DNA of 64,000 bases from Lama guanicoe (taxonomy: Eukaryota), in NCBI GenBank assembly GCA_013239625.1, contig MU053594.1:1519654-1583653 (forward strand), read 5' to 3'. The notes beneath the pieces were generated by a model, which saw nothing but the letters and a program-made list of their open reading frames with translations, searched no databases and had not been told where the DNA came from. Of the stretch, positions 49,330 to 61,760 are shown piece after piece. The position numbers were made by a program, and so were the translations under genes. Numbering within the stretch: the first letter of the stretch is position 1; the number at the start of each line of letters is the position of its first letter.

Positions 49330-49720
49330 CTTTCTTATAGGTTCCACTCTGTTCTAGTCAGATAACCACCTTGTCGAGTTTCTCTGAAATACTGTCATCT
49401 TGGTGGCATTATAAGTGGGGGAAAGTAGCCTCGTGATACTGTTGGCTTATGTGGAGTTCACAGTCAACTGACTCTACTAGGTTCTATGGACATGAGCTGC
49501 TGTTAAATCAGGTTTTTCGTCCTTTACATGCAACCGATTTTGTAAACCCAAGGAGTGCCATGTGCATTTGCCCCTCTTAAATTCCATCATGTTTAGCTAT
49601 ATCATTCCAGCTGGTGGGGATCGTTCCAAGGTTTCATTCTGCCTTTTCAGCTCCTCAGCAGGATGGAAACAAAGTGCACACAGGCTTTATAGTGACCTGG
49701 ATGAAGGCATTAACACCACG
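49330..49720 (-). mobile_element. L3/CR1 LINE fragment
   Basis: 'cagtcaactgactct...acatgagctgctgttaaatcagg' and 'catttgcccctcttaaattccatcatgtttag...tcattccagc' resemble the antisense L3 RT region. Confidence 0.55.
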
Positions 49721-50273
49721 TCTCTATCAGGGATTTAGTTTGCTTCTTAGCCCTGAGACGCCATTGGGTCTGGCCAGCTGCAGCCTTTTAAGGCTCATTT
49801 CTACAAGAGTGAGACATGCCTAGTAATTCCCATTTTATCCCATTCCACCTCCACCCTTGGGCTCCTCCCACAGGCTCCCTGTCTCAGTAAATGGCACCAT
49901 CGTGTCCCCACGTGGTGGCCAAGCCAGGAACCGGAAAGGCATTCCTAACTCCTCTTTCCCCTCCAGCACCCTCATGAAATCAGTTCCTTAGTCCCATCAA
50001 TTGATGCTACTCCTAAATAAAGTCGCTCAGCCACGGCTCCCTCTGACACTTTAGCCTACCTTTGTACACTCATCTCCCACCTTCGTCTGTTTAACGTCCA
50101 CATCACAGGTCTCAGCTTAAATCTCACTTCCTCCAGGAAGGTTTCTTGTCCCATAGATCAGACTGGGGGATCCAGCCACCAGCTTCCCCAACATCATGCT
50201 TCCCCTGTCCTGTCACCTAACTTACGGCATGCTTTTGCTGATGGAACTCCTCCCAGCTACAGCCAAGTTCTAC

Positions 50274-50621
50274 TGAAGAGGCAAAATCCACAAAGGGACC
50301 AGCAGGACCTCCCAGGCAGGGCCATTGCCTTCCCGCTCTTGTGCTTCTGTAAAAGGGCTTGCTTCTAGGGAAATGAAACTTACCCCTAAAATTCCATTGG
50401 TTCCCTAAAGCTCACTCCTGATTGGTCCATTTCTAACACTTCATATGCATATGGTGCAAACTTAATTGAAACTAAAACCCTATAGAAGCCTGTGTAAACC
50501 TACAGACGGGGTACAGAGCTTGGAGTGTTGACTCCTCTGGACCCGCTGGCATAATAAACCTGAGTTTTCCAACCCTCTGAGTGTTGCTTGGTCTCTTGAC
50601 AGGATTCAGGTTTCTATGACA
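50274..50621 (+). mobile_element. ERV1-type short solo LTR, family C copy 1
   Basis: TG...CA termini, two inverted CCAAT boxes, TATA-like cctatag, AATAAA at ~50553. Reverse-complement homolog of 61039-61383. TSD imperfect (ctac/tttc). Confidence 0.9.
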
Positions 50622-51239
50622 TTTCAAGGATGGAGAAGGAATCTGTTTTGCTCATCATCATGGCCCCAGCATACAGTATTTCTTGAATTAGTGAATTAAG
50701 TCATGGTACTGTGATTTTGGCTGGACACGTTTTAAACTGTTGGCAAGTGGTTTGGCTCAACGCCCATGAAGCATCCTGGCACTGAAGGGAAGAATACCAG
50801 CTTTGGCTTCTGATGAACAATGAGAGCCTCATTTTTCTCATCCAAAAAGTGGGAATAAAAATTTATCACATAGGGTTGTCACAATGCTCAAAGGAAATTA
50901 TGTATATGAATGTGTTCCCCAACTAAAAAGTTCAAGGGCAAGTATAAGCATGGACACCCCATCCTTCTATGAGTGGCCCAGTCCTGACTTCAGAGGTTAT
51001 GCCAAACGAAGATCCCCATGGGCTCAACCTTGACTACTGGGACTCGTCAGTTTGGGTCCCATCTAAGTCCAGCAGGTTGGTCTTTTCTTATTCATTTTCA
51101 ACTTTGTCTGCTGTCCTCATCCCCCTACACTCCTGGGCCGCTTCCAGAAGCTTTCATAACCTCCGCCTCTCCTGCACTCTCTTGGCTGAGGGCTTAATGA
51201 TCCTGAAGGCCCTAGAAATACACTGAATTAAAACACAAA

Positions 51240-51790
51240 ATGGATAGCATTGTGCGTTTCAGTGAAACAGCAATTAGGAGCGGCAGTCACCGTGGACTTG
51301 GGAGGGCAAGAGAGCTGAGGAGAAAAAGAAGGGTGACCTCATACAGACACTTAATTCCGTTACCACCAGACAAAGTTTCCCATTATTGCTCTTGGTGTTT
51401 AATAGTTTTATGATTCTATCTATTGATGCTTAGCTAGTTCATTAACTGTGCTGCTAAAAATACAGTTATCGCCAACAAAACCTTCATCACTGATAAAAGG
51501 GAGGGGGAAAAAAAGGCCTCCATCATTACCAGAAAGCAGTGGGCTGGACACACCTGTCTAGTCACTCCTTGGCCCCCAAGTTTTCACAGAGACCGAGAAA
51601 CTATCACTACACAAGTTTCATGTGGCAGTTTTAAAATTTAATCAAACAACTGCTACTATTTAGCTGACTCCAGTTAACAGGTCGTACTGATTCCATGCAT
51701 CTAATTGACGTTGGCTTTGATTGAGTCATCTGTGTTGACCCATCACAATGCTGGTGACAGATAAGAGAGGGCTATGAAGATCCGCTTCAC
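51240..51790. promoter_or_regulatory. Candidate enhancer / conserved non-coding island
   Basis: Repeat-free, with TTTTATGA (51406-51413), CTAATTG (51701-51707), CTTTGAT (51715-51721), TGAGTCA (51722-51728) and TGACAG overlapping AGATAA (51755-51764). Confidence 0.4.
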
Positions 51791-52582
51791 TAGTCACTCC
51801 CTCAGTAGGTGTTGACTAAGCCCTGGCTGCCAGCCAAGCCCTGGTTAGGCAAACAGAGATATATAACAGCGATAGGGTCCTGTTTTCAGGCAGCTGACGG
51901 TCTAGTAGGCAGTGGGTGTCTGTGGGGTCAGAGGAAGGAGAATTCCTGTAACTGAGCTGGGGCTCAAGGCGCACCTCCACTCCTGATGCGGAGTGGGGGA
52001 GGAGAGAGTGGGTACCAGCAGGGCAGAAGGTGAGGATGGCTTTCCGTCTCACTTAGCACAGAGCCTTCTGACAGCCCAGCAGTCAGAGTCTGAAGTGAGA
52101 GCCAGAGGCAGAGCAGGAAGAACCCCATGGAAATTCAGACTCTCCCAGAGGTCTTCCTGATGGGGCCGAGGCCCACCTGGCCAGCCAACCTGGGGAGTGC
52201 CTCCTCTGCAAGACAGAAGGAAGTGTTTGAGCTGGCCCTGCCAGTGGCTGCAGCCCAGTTAGGAAGATAGATGCCCAGTGCTGTCAATGACACAAAAATA
52301 AGACAACGTGTGTGCATAAGGCTCCTGAGAAGAGAGAACTTTCCAAGAACTGCAGGGCATCCTTGCGCTCTGCTTGCCTTTGGGAAGAGTTTCTGAGTGT
52401 CAGGAGCTGCGCTGGCTCTTTGGCTTCCTTGCGAGCCTCACAATGACCTCATAACGTAACATAGGGCTTGTCATCCTCATTTGACAGACACCGTAGGTCA
52501 TGCAGCTGAACAGTCAGGCTGGACTTGAACCTCAGTCTGCCTGACCTTCAAAGTCTACACCTCTTCAACCACACCCTGTCTT

Positions 52583-52667
52583 CTGTGTGTGTGTGCACAT
52601 ATGATCATACACGCTCAGACAGACAGACACACACACACACACATACACACATACACAGATACACACG
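52583..52667. repeat. (TG)n/(CA)n microsatellite complex
   Basis: Direct reading. Confidence 0.9.
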
Positions 52668-54298
52668 CCTTATCTACTGTCTACAGAGGCAATTATTTTT
52701 TGGAAAAAGCAACACAGAGCCCATTGCCAGGTGTGTTCAGAGAAGCCAAATCTTCCATATTCCTTCCTGGGTATTTTATTATTCACAGAAGAGAACAGGT
52801 TTTTGTGGGTTTCCCTTTTGCTTCATTATAAGAAGTCTGGTTAGAAAGTAAAGCAAACAAGTTGTAAAATTTGAGATTTATTCTTTCCTTGGCAAGCCGC
52901 TTCGTGTGGAAAGAGGGCTGTGTGGGAAGAATGACTTGGTCCTCAGTACTGGCCTCCGCCCCAGGGAACTTGCTATGTTTGGTGCTGGGCTGGCCCACAT
53001 GGGGAGCAGCAGGGTTAATAAATGCTGACCCACCAGCGATGCCCCATCTGGCCACCAAATGCCGGAGGCACATCTCCTCCTTCTTGTAACAGACATGTCT
53101 CCAGCACCCATAGGGTACCAGGCCCTCAAGATGCTCAGTCTGATGAAGGAGAGCAAAGGGGAGTTAATTAGTATAATGTGATGTAAGAAGTGCTATCACA
53201 CAGTGCGGGAGCATCCAGGGGAAAGCAGCTCGTTCTCCAGGGGCAGGGGGGCCAACGAAGGTGTTAAGAAAACCGTAACAAAACGGGAGATAGCGAGCCA
53301 GCGCTTTGATGGCTGCGGAAGACTTTCTTGGCACAGATAGACAAGGGGAGGAGAGAATTCCCCACAGAGGGCACAAAAGCAAACTCTGGGAGAACTGAGC
53401 ATGCAGGAAGGGTGAACACTATGAAGCTGGAGCAAAATTGTGGGGGAGGGGAGGTGGGTTGTGGGTCGGACCTGGGGACAAGTCCTAGATCAGTGTCGTT
53501 TTTAATTTTTCAATTCCTGTTCTAGCAAAGACTAATTTATTGCAGAACCTGGCTTAATTGATATTTTAATTATATGCTTACACCTGCAACATTTTCGAAT
53601 GAGAACAGGTACACGAGATGAGAGGATGTGAAAGCTGTGACGTGCTATACGAACTACTGTGAATGCTGTTCTGCACTGTTCTAAGATTCCTGCAGCAAAG
53701 CATCCATTCACTCCCACATCCTCACGGGGCCTCTGCTACACGCATCCCAACCGGTGCCAGGCTCTGGGGAGGCTGGAGCGGAAGGACACACAGTCCTTCC
53801 CCAAACACCTACCCGCCTGTCATCAAAGCGTGAACCTCAGTACTTCTTAGACCAATAAGGAGGTGCTCAGACCATAAACCCTTCCAGGGCAGGCCCCGCC
53901 TTAAACCACAACACTGCTTCCACGGTGCTGTGTGGCTGAAAGGTAACTGACCTAATCTCTCGCTCCAGCTGTCCCCCTGGGTGGCCTTTGGGAGCCACCG
54001 TCCTCTGGATCTCAGGGTCCTCATCTGGAACATGGAACACTCAGAGATAGTGGTGATATCTGGGCAGTTTTCTCAGCTCCCTGGGGCCTCTCCAAGGAAT
54101 TTAGAAGCAGAAACTCTCTCTTCCCAACCACCTCATCTGGTTGTCTGGCCACATCAGGGCAAGAGGATACAGAAACAGTCAGGAGAGCGAAGGAGAGAGG
54201 AGTAAGCACTCCAGGATTCTGCGTTCCAGTGTGGACTCTGCCCTCAGCCCTGGGCGTGTCATTCAACAGCACCCCACTGGCTTGCTTTCCTCCTCTGC

Positions 54299-54347
54299 CA
54301 AAAAACAAAAATAAAACAAAAAACAAAAAACAAAAAAACAAAAAAAC
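54299..54347. repeat. (CAAAA...)n A-rich simple repeat
   Basis: Direct reading. Confidence 0.9.
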
Positions 54348-55726
54348 CATCAAGGAAACCCCAAGCCCCAGCTTACCCAGTAGTCAATCCAAATGCTCTA
54401 TCTGTTCATTCACTAAATACATATTGAGTGTCTACTATTTGTTGGCAATGCAGAATAAGCCAGGCTGCAAATATTTTTTTAAATAATGTTTAATAAAATA
54501 TTTTTAAAATAATAATAAGACATGGCCTCTCAGAATTCATGCAGAATTCTAGCCAAGCTAAAAATATGAATATTTCCAATTTAAAGTCAGTGATGCGCCT
54601 GGTGTCTTTCGGAGTAGACAAACAATCACAGAAACGTGAGGCAAGAGCTGTGATAGAGTCTAGACTTTAGAGCAAGGTCCGAGACCAGGACTAGGCACGC
54701 AATCGGTACTGAACAAACACTTGTTGAACTGACAGAGGTCGTAAGAGCAGGGCGCTGTGAAAGCACCCGGGAGAGGTACCCATGGGCTGGGTACCTGGGG
54801 ACGAGGAAAGCATCTCCGGGGAGCAACTCCTGATGCCTGTGGCTGCATCACTGCCACTTTGGAGGGAAACCCGGGCTGAGGGGCAGGCAAAGAGCTACCC
54901 TGTAGGGGGTGTGGGCAAGAAAGAAACGGACCATCGCTGCCCTGCATCCAGGAGCAGGCTGAGGGGCTATTGTGTCAATAAGGCCTTTGCCAAGAGATGC
55001 CCAGGAGGTTGTAAGGAGTTTTCACGCCTGAGAGCAGGCTGGGGGCTGGGGAGGGGAGTGGTTAGGGAGCAGAAGCCCCCACTCAGACTATATGCAGTAT
55101 TTACAAACACAGCTACTTGATCCGCATCCATCTGCTGGCGGGGGCGCCATGGCTGGCAACCTGATTTTCACTGATCACTGGCTGTCTTATTCCCAGAAGC
55201 ACAGCAGAATCCAGACCTAAATTACTTCTTATATCTCCTCCCTTTACCTTCCTGATAGACTCATCTCGTCACTCACGGGTCTATCTTCATGCGGGAACAA
55301 TGAGCTCTCCCAAGACCAGCTCCGGCAACTCACTTTAATCCACGCAGAATTGTAGTCAGGCTGAAACTCCAGGGTGATTTCATTTTTTTAACTGGTGGGA
55401 GTATAAGCTTGCAGAACGGCTCTGGGAAAGCAGCTGGTAACGCTCATAGAACCAGAGAGAAGAGCGCTGGCTAACAGGGGTTGGCTCTGGGCTCAACCCC
55501 TCACTAGCTCTCAGGCCCTGGGCAAGTCACAGAACATCTCTGAGCCTTCATTTCCCAGTGGGGCACCTGGAGAGACAATGTGACCTCCAGTGGAGGGGAC
55601 AGACCATGGGATCCTCAGGAGCTGAGAGTCAAATCCTAAGCCATCCACGTAGCAGATGCATGGCCCAAAGCGCCAGAAGTGCACGCTGGTGGATGCTTCT
55701 GGCGGGGGCATCGTCAAGGAGCCCAC

Positions 55727-56190
55727 AGTATTAGTCAGAGCCTCGCAGGAGAATCATTTGCACTCAAATTAGATAATTTTTAGAGAGTTTAATAAAGAGA
55801 GTGTTATGAAGGTGTGGGCAGGGTGGAGGGAGACCTTGGGGAATAGTGCAGTGCTCTGGAACGACACAGGTCAGCTTACTAGGGTGAGAGCAGGTTGAAG
55901 GGGGTGAGAGGTGAGATCTGGAGTGACAAGCCGAAGCTATCTAGAACACCCCAATAAAGCTCCAAAAGAAAAAGTTAACTTCAAGTATGTACCAAAGCAG
56001 CAAGGGCACAAAAACAGCAAGTTCATAATGGTTCCAGCCAGAGAAGATCTCCCCTGCCTCTGACCTCTCCTCTGTGCTCCTGCCAACCCCAGAGGGGGCA
56101 GAGACTATTGAAGCTCAGCAGATTGGAGGTCAGGGAAAGGAAGCACAAAGCAGGGGGAGAGAGAGCACTGATGGGCCTGTTGTGGACCTA
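55727..56190 (-). mobile_element. ERVL-type LTR (LTR33/LTR41-like)
   Basis: 'gtattagtcagagc...cactcaaattagataatttttagagagtttaataaagaga...aaggtgtgggcaggg'. Confidence 0.55.
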
Positions 56191-56199
56191 AGTGAAGAA

Positions 56200-56664
56200 T
56201 GTATTAGAGTAGACTTGGCTGCTGTAACAAACAGACCCAAACATTTAGTGACTCCATCCAATAGAGGTTTATTTCTTGGTCATAAAACAATACAGGGAAG
56301 TTCTAGGTTGGGGTAGAGAGGACGGCAGGAGGCTCTGTGGCACGGTTATTCTGGGATCCAGTCTGAGCATCCTTAACATACAGCTTCCAAAAGCACCCTG
56401 CGGTCACTTCCATCTCAGTCAGTTGGAAAGAAGAAACAGCATGGAGGAGCACATCTGGAAAGTTTTTAAGGGACAAGCCTAGAAGTGAAACATATCCCTT
56501 CTACTCACACTCCATTGGCTAGAATTCAGTCATATGATCACTCCTAACTGCAAGGGAGACTGGGAAATGTAGTCCAGGCAGCCAACCAGGCTTTCAGAAC
56601 TCTTATTATAATGGAAAATGGAAAACAAATAAATATATTTTGGTAGACAGTTGTGTCTGTTACA
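56200..56664 (-). mobile_element. MLT1J/K-like MaLR LTR
   Basis: 'gctgctgtaacaaacagaccc...tccattggctagaattcagtcatatgatcactcctaactgcaagggagactgggaaatgtagtc'. Confidence 0.8.
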
Positions 56665-57178
56665 GAGAAATTTTAAGCCCTGAAATTCACTATTATACAG
56701 AATAGACATTTACATTACTAAAAGGGTCTGTTTTGTGGTTAAAAGCTACAAGAGAATTTTATTATTTGAGGTGGCAGAGAGAGTCACGAGGTCTGCCCTA
56801 GAAGTTAGTTATCAAAGGAACAAAAAAGTACTAGCCTGAGAGCAGGTTTGAACAGGCGTGGACAACAGTTCCAACAACAGCTTGGAAGCTGTCTACGTAT
56901 GTTCTAGGGATTACTGCTTGCTCAGTGTACTGATTACTGCATCATCCTTATGTGATCAGAATGTGTAATATTTTTCCTTGCTCCTTTTACTTCTATGAGA
57001 GACATTTTAAAAAATTCTTATAATGTGTTACTTTAAAGTGGAGAAAAATATAATACACACCTTTTTTTAAGCCAGTGAAGTTACCCAGTCTTCCTATTTT
57101 GGTTACAGTCAGCTCTTTACTAATTACTAGCACCTTCTGCTTTAAAAACTGTAGTCAACTCAATACTCAGTTGATGAC

Positions 57179-57531
57179 TGTCTTTGTCAGTTTGGGCTGC
57201 TATAAAAAAATTACCATAGGCTGGTGACTTAAACAGTAAGTGTCTATTTCTCACAGTCTGGAGGCTAGAATTCTGAGATTAGGGTGCCCCCCATGGTCAG
57301 GTTCTGGTGAGAGCCCTCTTCTGGGTGTCAGACTGTCAACTTCTCACTGTGTCCTCAAACGGCAGAAAGAGGGGAAGAGAGCTCTTTGGGGCCCCTTTTA
57401 TAAGGGCACTAATCCCATTCATGAGGGTGGAGCCCTCACCTCCCAAAGGACCACCTCCTAATACCATCATATTGGGAGTTAGGATTTCAAACTATGTATT
57501 TGGGTGGGACAAAATCATTCAGTCCGTAACA
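57179..57531 (-). mobile_element. MLT1A-like MaLR solo LTR
   Basis: TG...CA termini with perfect 5-bp TSD ATGAC. Contains 'tataagggcactaatcccattcatgagggtggagccctc'. Confidence 0.92.
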
Positions 57532-58028
57532 ATGACTGAGACCTTGTTATATTCAAGGAAGTTGGTCAGTGCGGCCAGGGAAGGGAGCTAAGAACAGCAG
57601 AGCAGAGAATACAGGCTAATTCAAGGGTCTATTATGGTGCAGCCATCACAGGCAGGGTCTAGCTGGAAACAAAAACATTCCTGTGGCAAATTATAGGAGA
57701 CCTCTGGGTCAAGATCCAAGTAAAACTGGTAAAGAGTTTGCCTGCAATTATGGGGCTCACAGACGTCCTCCTGAGACCAAGCCCAGGGGACAGCATTTTG
57801 GGCTGTGTATGGCTTCACCCTGCTAATGTCCTAAATCAGTCTCCCCATCATGTACTACAACTTTCTCATGGCGTTATTATTCTCATCTGCATTTGATGTC
57901 CAAGCTATAAATGGTGGATCCAGGATTTGACCCCAAGCAGCCACCCCAAGGTTGTAACCACTCCACCATGAAAATATCACCCCCATTGCCTATTGACCAG
58001 ATGAAACATGTAAAGTGCTGAGCCCAGC

Positions 58029-58436
58029 TGTGTTTGTTTGCTGGGGCTGTCATAAAAAGATACAATACCAGGGCGGCTTAAACGACAGGAATTTGCCTTC
58101 TCACCGTTCTGGAGGCTAGAAGTCTGAGGTCAAGGTTTTGGCAGTGTTGGTTTCTTCTGAGGGCTGCAAGGAAAGGTCCTGTCTAGGCCTCTCTCCTCGG
58201 CTTACAGATGGCTGTCTTCTCCCTGTGTCTTCACATTTGTCTTCCCTGTGTGTGTCCAAATTTCCCCTTCTTATAAGGACACTAATCATATTGGATGGGG
58301 GCCCACCCTAAAGGATTAATTGTACCTTAATTACCTCTGTAAAGCCTTATCTCCAAATGTGGTCACGTCTGAAATACAGGGGGTTAGGATTTCAGCATAT
58401 GAATTTGGGGTGAGGGTCACATTTCAGTCCATAATG
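58029..58436 (-). mobile_element. MLT1C-like MaLR solo LTR inserted in a MIR
   Basis: 'ttctggaggctagaagtctgaggtcaagg...ttcttataaggacactaatcatattgga'. 5-bp TSD ccagc/ctagc. Confidence 0.88.
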
Positions 58437-59979
58437 CTAGCTAAATAATCATAGCTCTTACTGTGATCCTGGAATTCAAGGAGCCTCACGATCTCAACCC
58501 CCAACTCACCTTTCCAGGCATCTTTATGTCCCCAACCCCACGTGTCAAACTCTCGCAGTTGCTATTAACCAAAACACCTTGAACTTCCCCTCCTCTGAGG
58601 GTTTCCTGTGCTGTAAACTACCTATGACAATATCCACTCCAAATCCTCCTCTGAGAGGGAGGCTCTCGGCTCAAGCCCCACCAGCACTTGGCTATTCCTG
58701 CCACTCCAGCCATTCGAAAGAAAGAAAATTAGCAGATATGAAACACAGTATGTTTTCACCAGCCCCAACCATGTCATGCTGTTCTCTCATATTCCTATCC
58801 CCCCTCCCAAGTTAGGAAACTGAAGCTCAGAGTGGTTAAGTACTGCGTCCAAGGTCACTCAGCAAGTGAGAGTAGGAATGTGATTCTAACTCCATCGGTC
58901 TGATTCCAGGTCCAACGATCTCCCCATCCTGAACTCCGACAGCAGTTCTGGCCAGAAGCCTTCACCTGGCAGTAAGTCTGCTAGCTAACGCCTGATGCTG
59001 GCTCATATTATCACTCAAGCTTTTACTTTGAACTGTCGTTAAGTCTTTCCTACCAATTTTCTATTCACATGGCTTTTCTCTCCCATTATATTTTCAGCAT
59101 CTTAAGAAGAGGAACGGATTTTTCCTCTGGACCAAGCCCTTCACAGCCACTGGCAAGGTTCAGCGGAGATGACTGACAGAGTTTCAGAGCCAGGTTGAGG
59201 GGTGTTCTCTAAATAGCCAAAGACACACCCACTCCTCCAGGGAACTGAACACATTCTCCAGAGAGCTGGCCTCCAGCCAGCAGGACAGATGGGCCTCTTT
59301 CTCCTCCGAATACAGCGGCTTCCAGATCTTATTAATTTCAGAGATGGGTGTTGAGCCATCCTCCTCGTGCCCCAGGCCCCTCGCAGACCTCTTTCTTGTG
59401 TAGGGGACCAACATGCCAGGCACAGGGCTGGACATGCACACCGACATATTTACTGTTTCTGCTTCCACTCTTCATTTCCTGTCCCCAGTCTCCTCTCTCT
59501 CCTCTTTCTAGGACCTCAAGGTGGCCTGAAGCTAATGTCTATTATTCAGTGGTTACTGGAGGCCGGCCGCTATTCTAAGCACTTTATAGCTGTAACCACT
59601 ACGTTTGTACGAGCAGGACTCAGGAAATGGTGTCATAAAGGTTTTTTTATTTTTATTTTGAGTCCTACGGTTTATTTTTACCTCCTCAGTGTGGGTGGCC
59701 CTTGTCAGATGAACATTCAAATAGTCTGCACAGCCCTTCTGGTCACTCTTGGGTCACCAACACTTCTACCATCGCTTTCAAATACAAACAGTCCCATTTC
59801 AGCCACGACAAAGGTTGGAGTCCCACGCCATAACCAAAACTTGAAACCTGACTTGGAGTTAAGGTGTTCTCCTCCGTCCAGCCGGGTTGGGCTGCATGTG
59901 GGCTCTGCGTATGACTGTTGGGGAACAAGCAAGAGGGTGTGGGGAATGGAGATGGGACCTATGGTGGCCATGGGGGTGA

Positions 59980-60380
59980 CAGCTCAGTTCTCCCTCAGGA
60001 GAGCCTGCTGTGGGGGGCAGAGCAGACTGACAGCCCAGTGGCCACCCTGGGACCCACCACAACGCTTGCACCAAGGCTGTACTTCCCAGGGCTGCTGTCA
60101 GCTAAAGGCCGAGCACAGCTCGAGCTAGGGCATTTCTGCCGGCCAGGGGACTTTCTGATGGCAGCCTTTGCTGGGGAAGTAGCTGAGGACCAGCAGGGGA
60201 CTGGCTAGCCCCACTCACACTTGCTCAGCATTGCACTGTGGACTGGGGTTCTTCCTACCCCAATTCTCCTTCCTTTCCCCTTCTGCAGCCTCACTCTCTG
60301 CCTAGTCTTGCTTTCTTCCCTCTTATCCTTCGTAGCTGCTTCCCCAGCCAGTCCCTGCTTCTCGGGAATCCTGAACTGAC
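59980..60380 (-). mobile_element. Degenerate ERVL (LTR16-like) LTR
   Basis: 'gcatttctgccggccaggggactttctgatgg...ctgcttctcgggaatcctgaactgaca'. Confidence 0.45.
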
Positions 60381-60654
60381 ACGACTTTGCTGCCTGGCAG
60401 TTTCAGCTCCTCCCCAGCCAGAGGGGCCAGTGGCAACCTGGAAAGCACGTGTAGTCACCTTCTCCTGTCTCTTCCGTGTCCTCCATCTTCCTGAGCTGCT
60501 CCTTTGCCCCCCACCCCCAACCCCCAGCCCCAGTGGAAGCAGGGGAGGGAGTAAGGAAGGAGGCAGGAAGGTAATTACTTGACTGGCTCTAACTTAAGAT
60601 GGCTTCTCACTCTCTGGACCTGATGGGTCTTAAAAGCTGACAGTTTTTCTCATA

Positions 60655-61457
60655 AAAAAAAAAAAAGAATGAAATAGTGCCATGTGCAGCGACACGGATG
60701 GACCTAGAGATCATCACACTAAGTGAAGTAAGTCAGACAGAGAAAGACAAATATCATATGATATCACTTATATGTGGAATACAACAACAACAACAACAAA
60801 AAGACACAAATGAACTTACTTACAAAATGGAAACAGACTCACAGACATAGAAAACAAATTGTGGTTACCAAAAGGGAAAAACGGTAGGGAAGGATAACTT
60901 AGGAGTTTGGGATTAGCAGATACAATTTACTATATACAGAGTAGATAAACAAGGTCCTGCTGTACAGCACAGGGAACTATATTCAATAGCTTGTAATAAC
61001 CTATAATGAAAAAGAATAAGAAAAAGATTATATATATGTGTTACAGAAACCTGAATGCCATTGAGAGACCAAGTGACACTTGGATGGTTGGAGAGCTCAG
61101 GTTAATTACACCGGCAGGCCCAGAAGAGTTAACATTCCAAGCTCTGGCCCCTGTAGGTTTACACAGGCTTTTATAGGGTTTTAGGTTTCAATTAAGTTCA
61201 TGCCATATGCAAATGAGGTGTTAGAAATGGACCAATCAGGAGTGAGCTTTTGGGAACCAATGGAATTTTAGGGGTAAGTTTCATTTTCCTAGAAGCAAGC
61301 CATTTTACAGAAGCACAAAAGCAGGAAGGCAATGGCCCTGCCTGGGAGGTCTTGCTGGTCCCTTTGTGGGTTTTGCCCCTTCATATGCATATCACTATGT
61401 GTACACCAGAAACTAACACAACATTGTAAACCAACTATACTTCAATTGAAAAAAAGA
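60655..61457 (+). mobile_element. 5'-truncated L1 3' end split by an LTR
   Basis: 'atggacctagagatcatcacactaagtgaagtaagtcagacagagaaagacaaatatcatatg...', resuming at 61384 with 'atcactatgtgtacaccagaaactaacacaacattgtaaacc'. Confidence 0.95.
61039..61383 (-). mobile_element. ERV1-type short solo LTR, family C copy 2
   Basis: TG...CA termini, perfect 4-bp TSD TATG, octamer ATGCAAAT at 61207-61214 and two CCAAT boxes. Confidence 0.93.
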
Positions 61458-61589
61458 AGAAGTGTTTAACGAGCTGCCATTTATCTACTCTGTAGTTTTG
61501 CACGGGATGCAGCTTCCCCTTTGGATTTCAGCCTCTACTGTATGTTGGGACAATAATGGAAAACTTTTAAACATCCTGTTCCATATGTA

Positions 61590-61760
61590 TTTACTCATTT
61601 AAGTTTCACAACCACCTTGAAAGTAGGTGCCATTACTATGCCCATTTTACAGATGGGGAAACTGAGGTACAGAAAGGTTAAGTGATTTGTTCAATGTCAC
61701 ATAGCTCTTACGTGGTGGCTCTGCGATTGGACCCAAAATACCCGGTCTTTAACCCCCACC
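61590..61760 (-). mobile_element. MIR SINE
   Basis: 'cccattttacagatggggaaactgaggtacagaaaggttaagtgatttgttcaatgtcacatagc'. Confidence 0.88.

Noticed and set aside
59367..60128. Longest ORF (253 aa)
   Set aside because: No recognisable domain, Cys/Pro/Leu-rich random composition, runs into degenerate repeat sequence, and shows no promoter or splice context. Probably a chance ORF.
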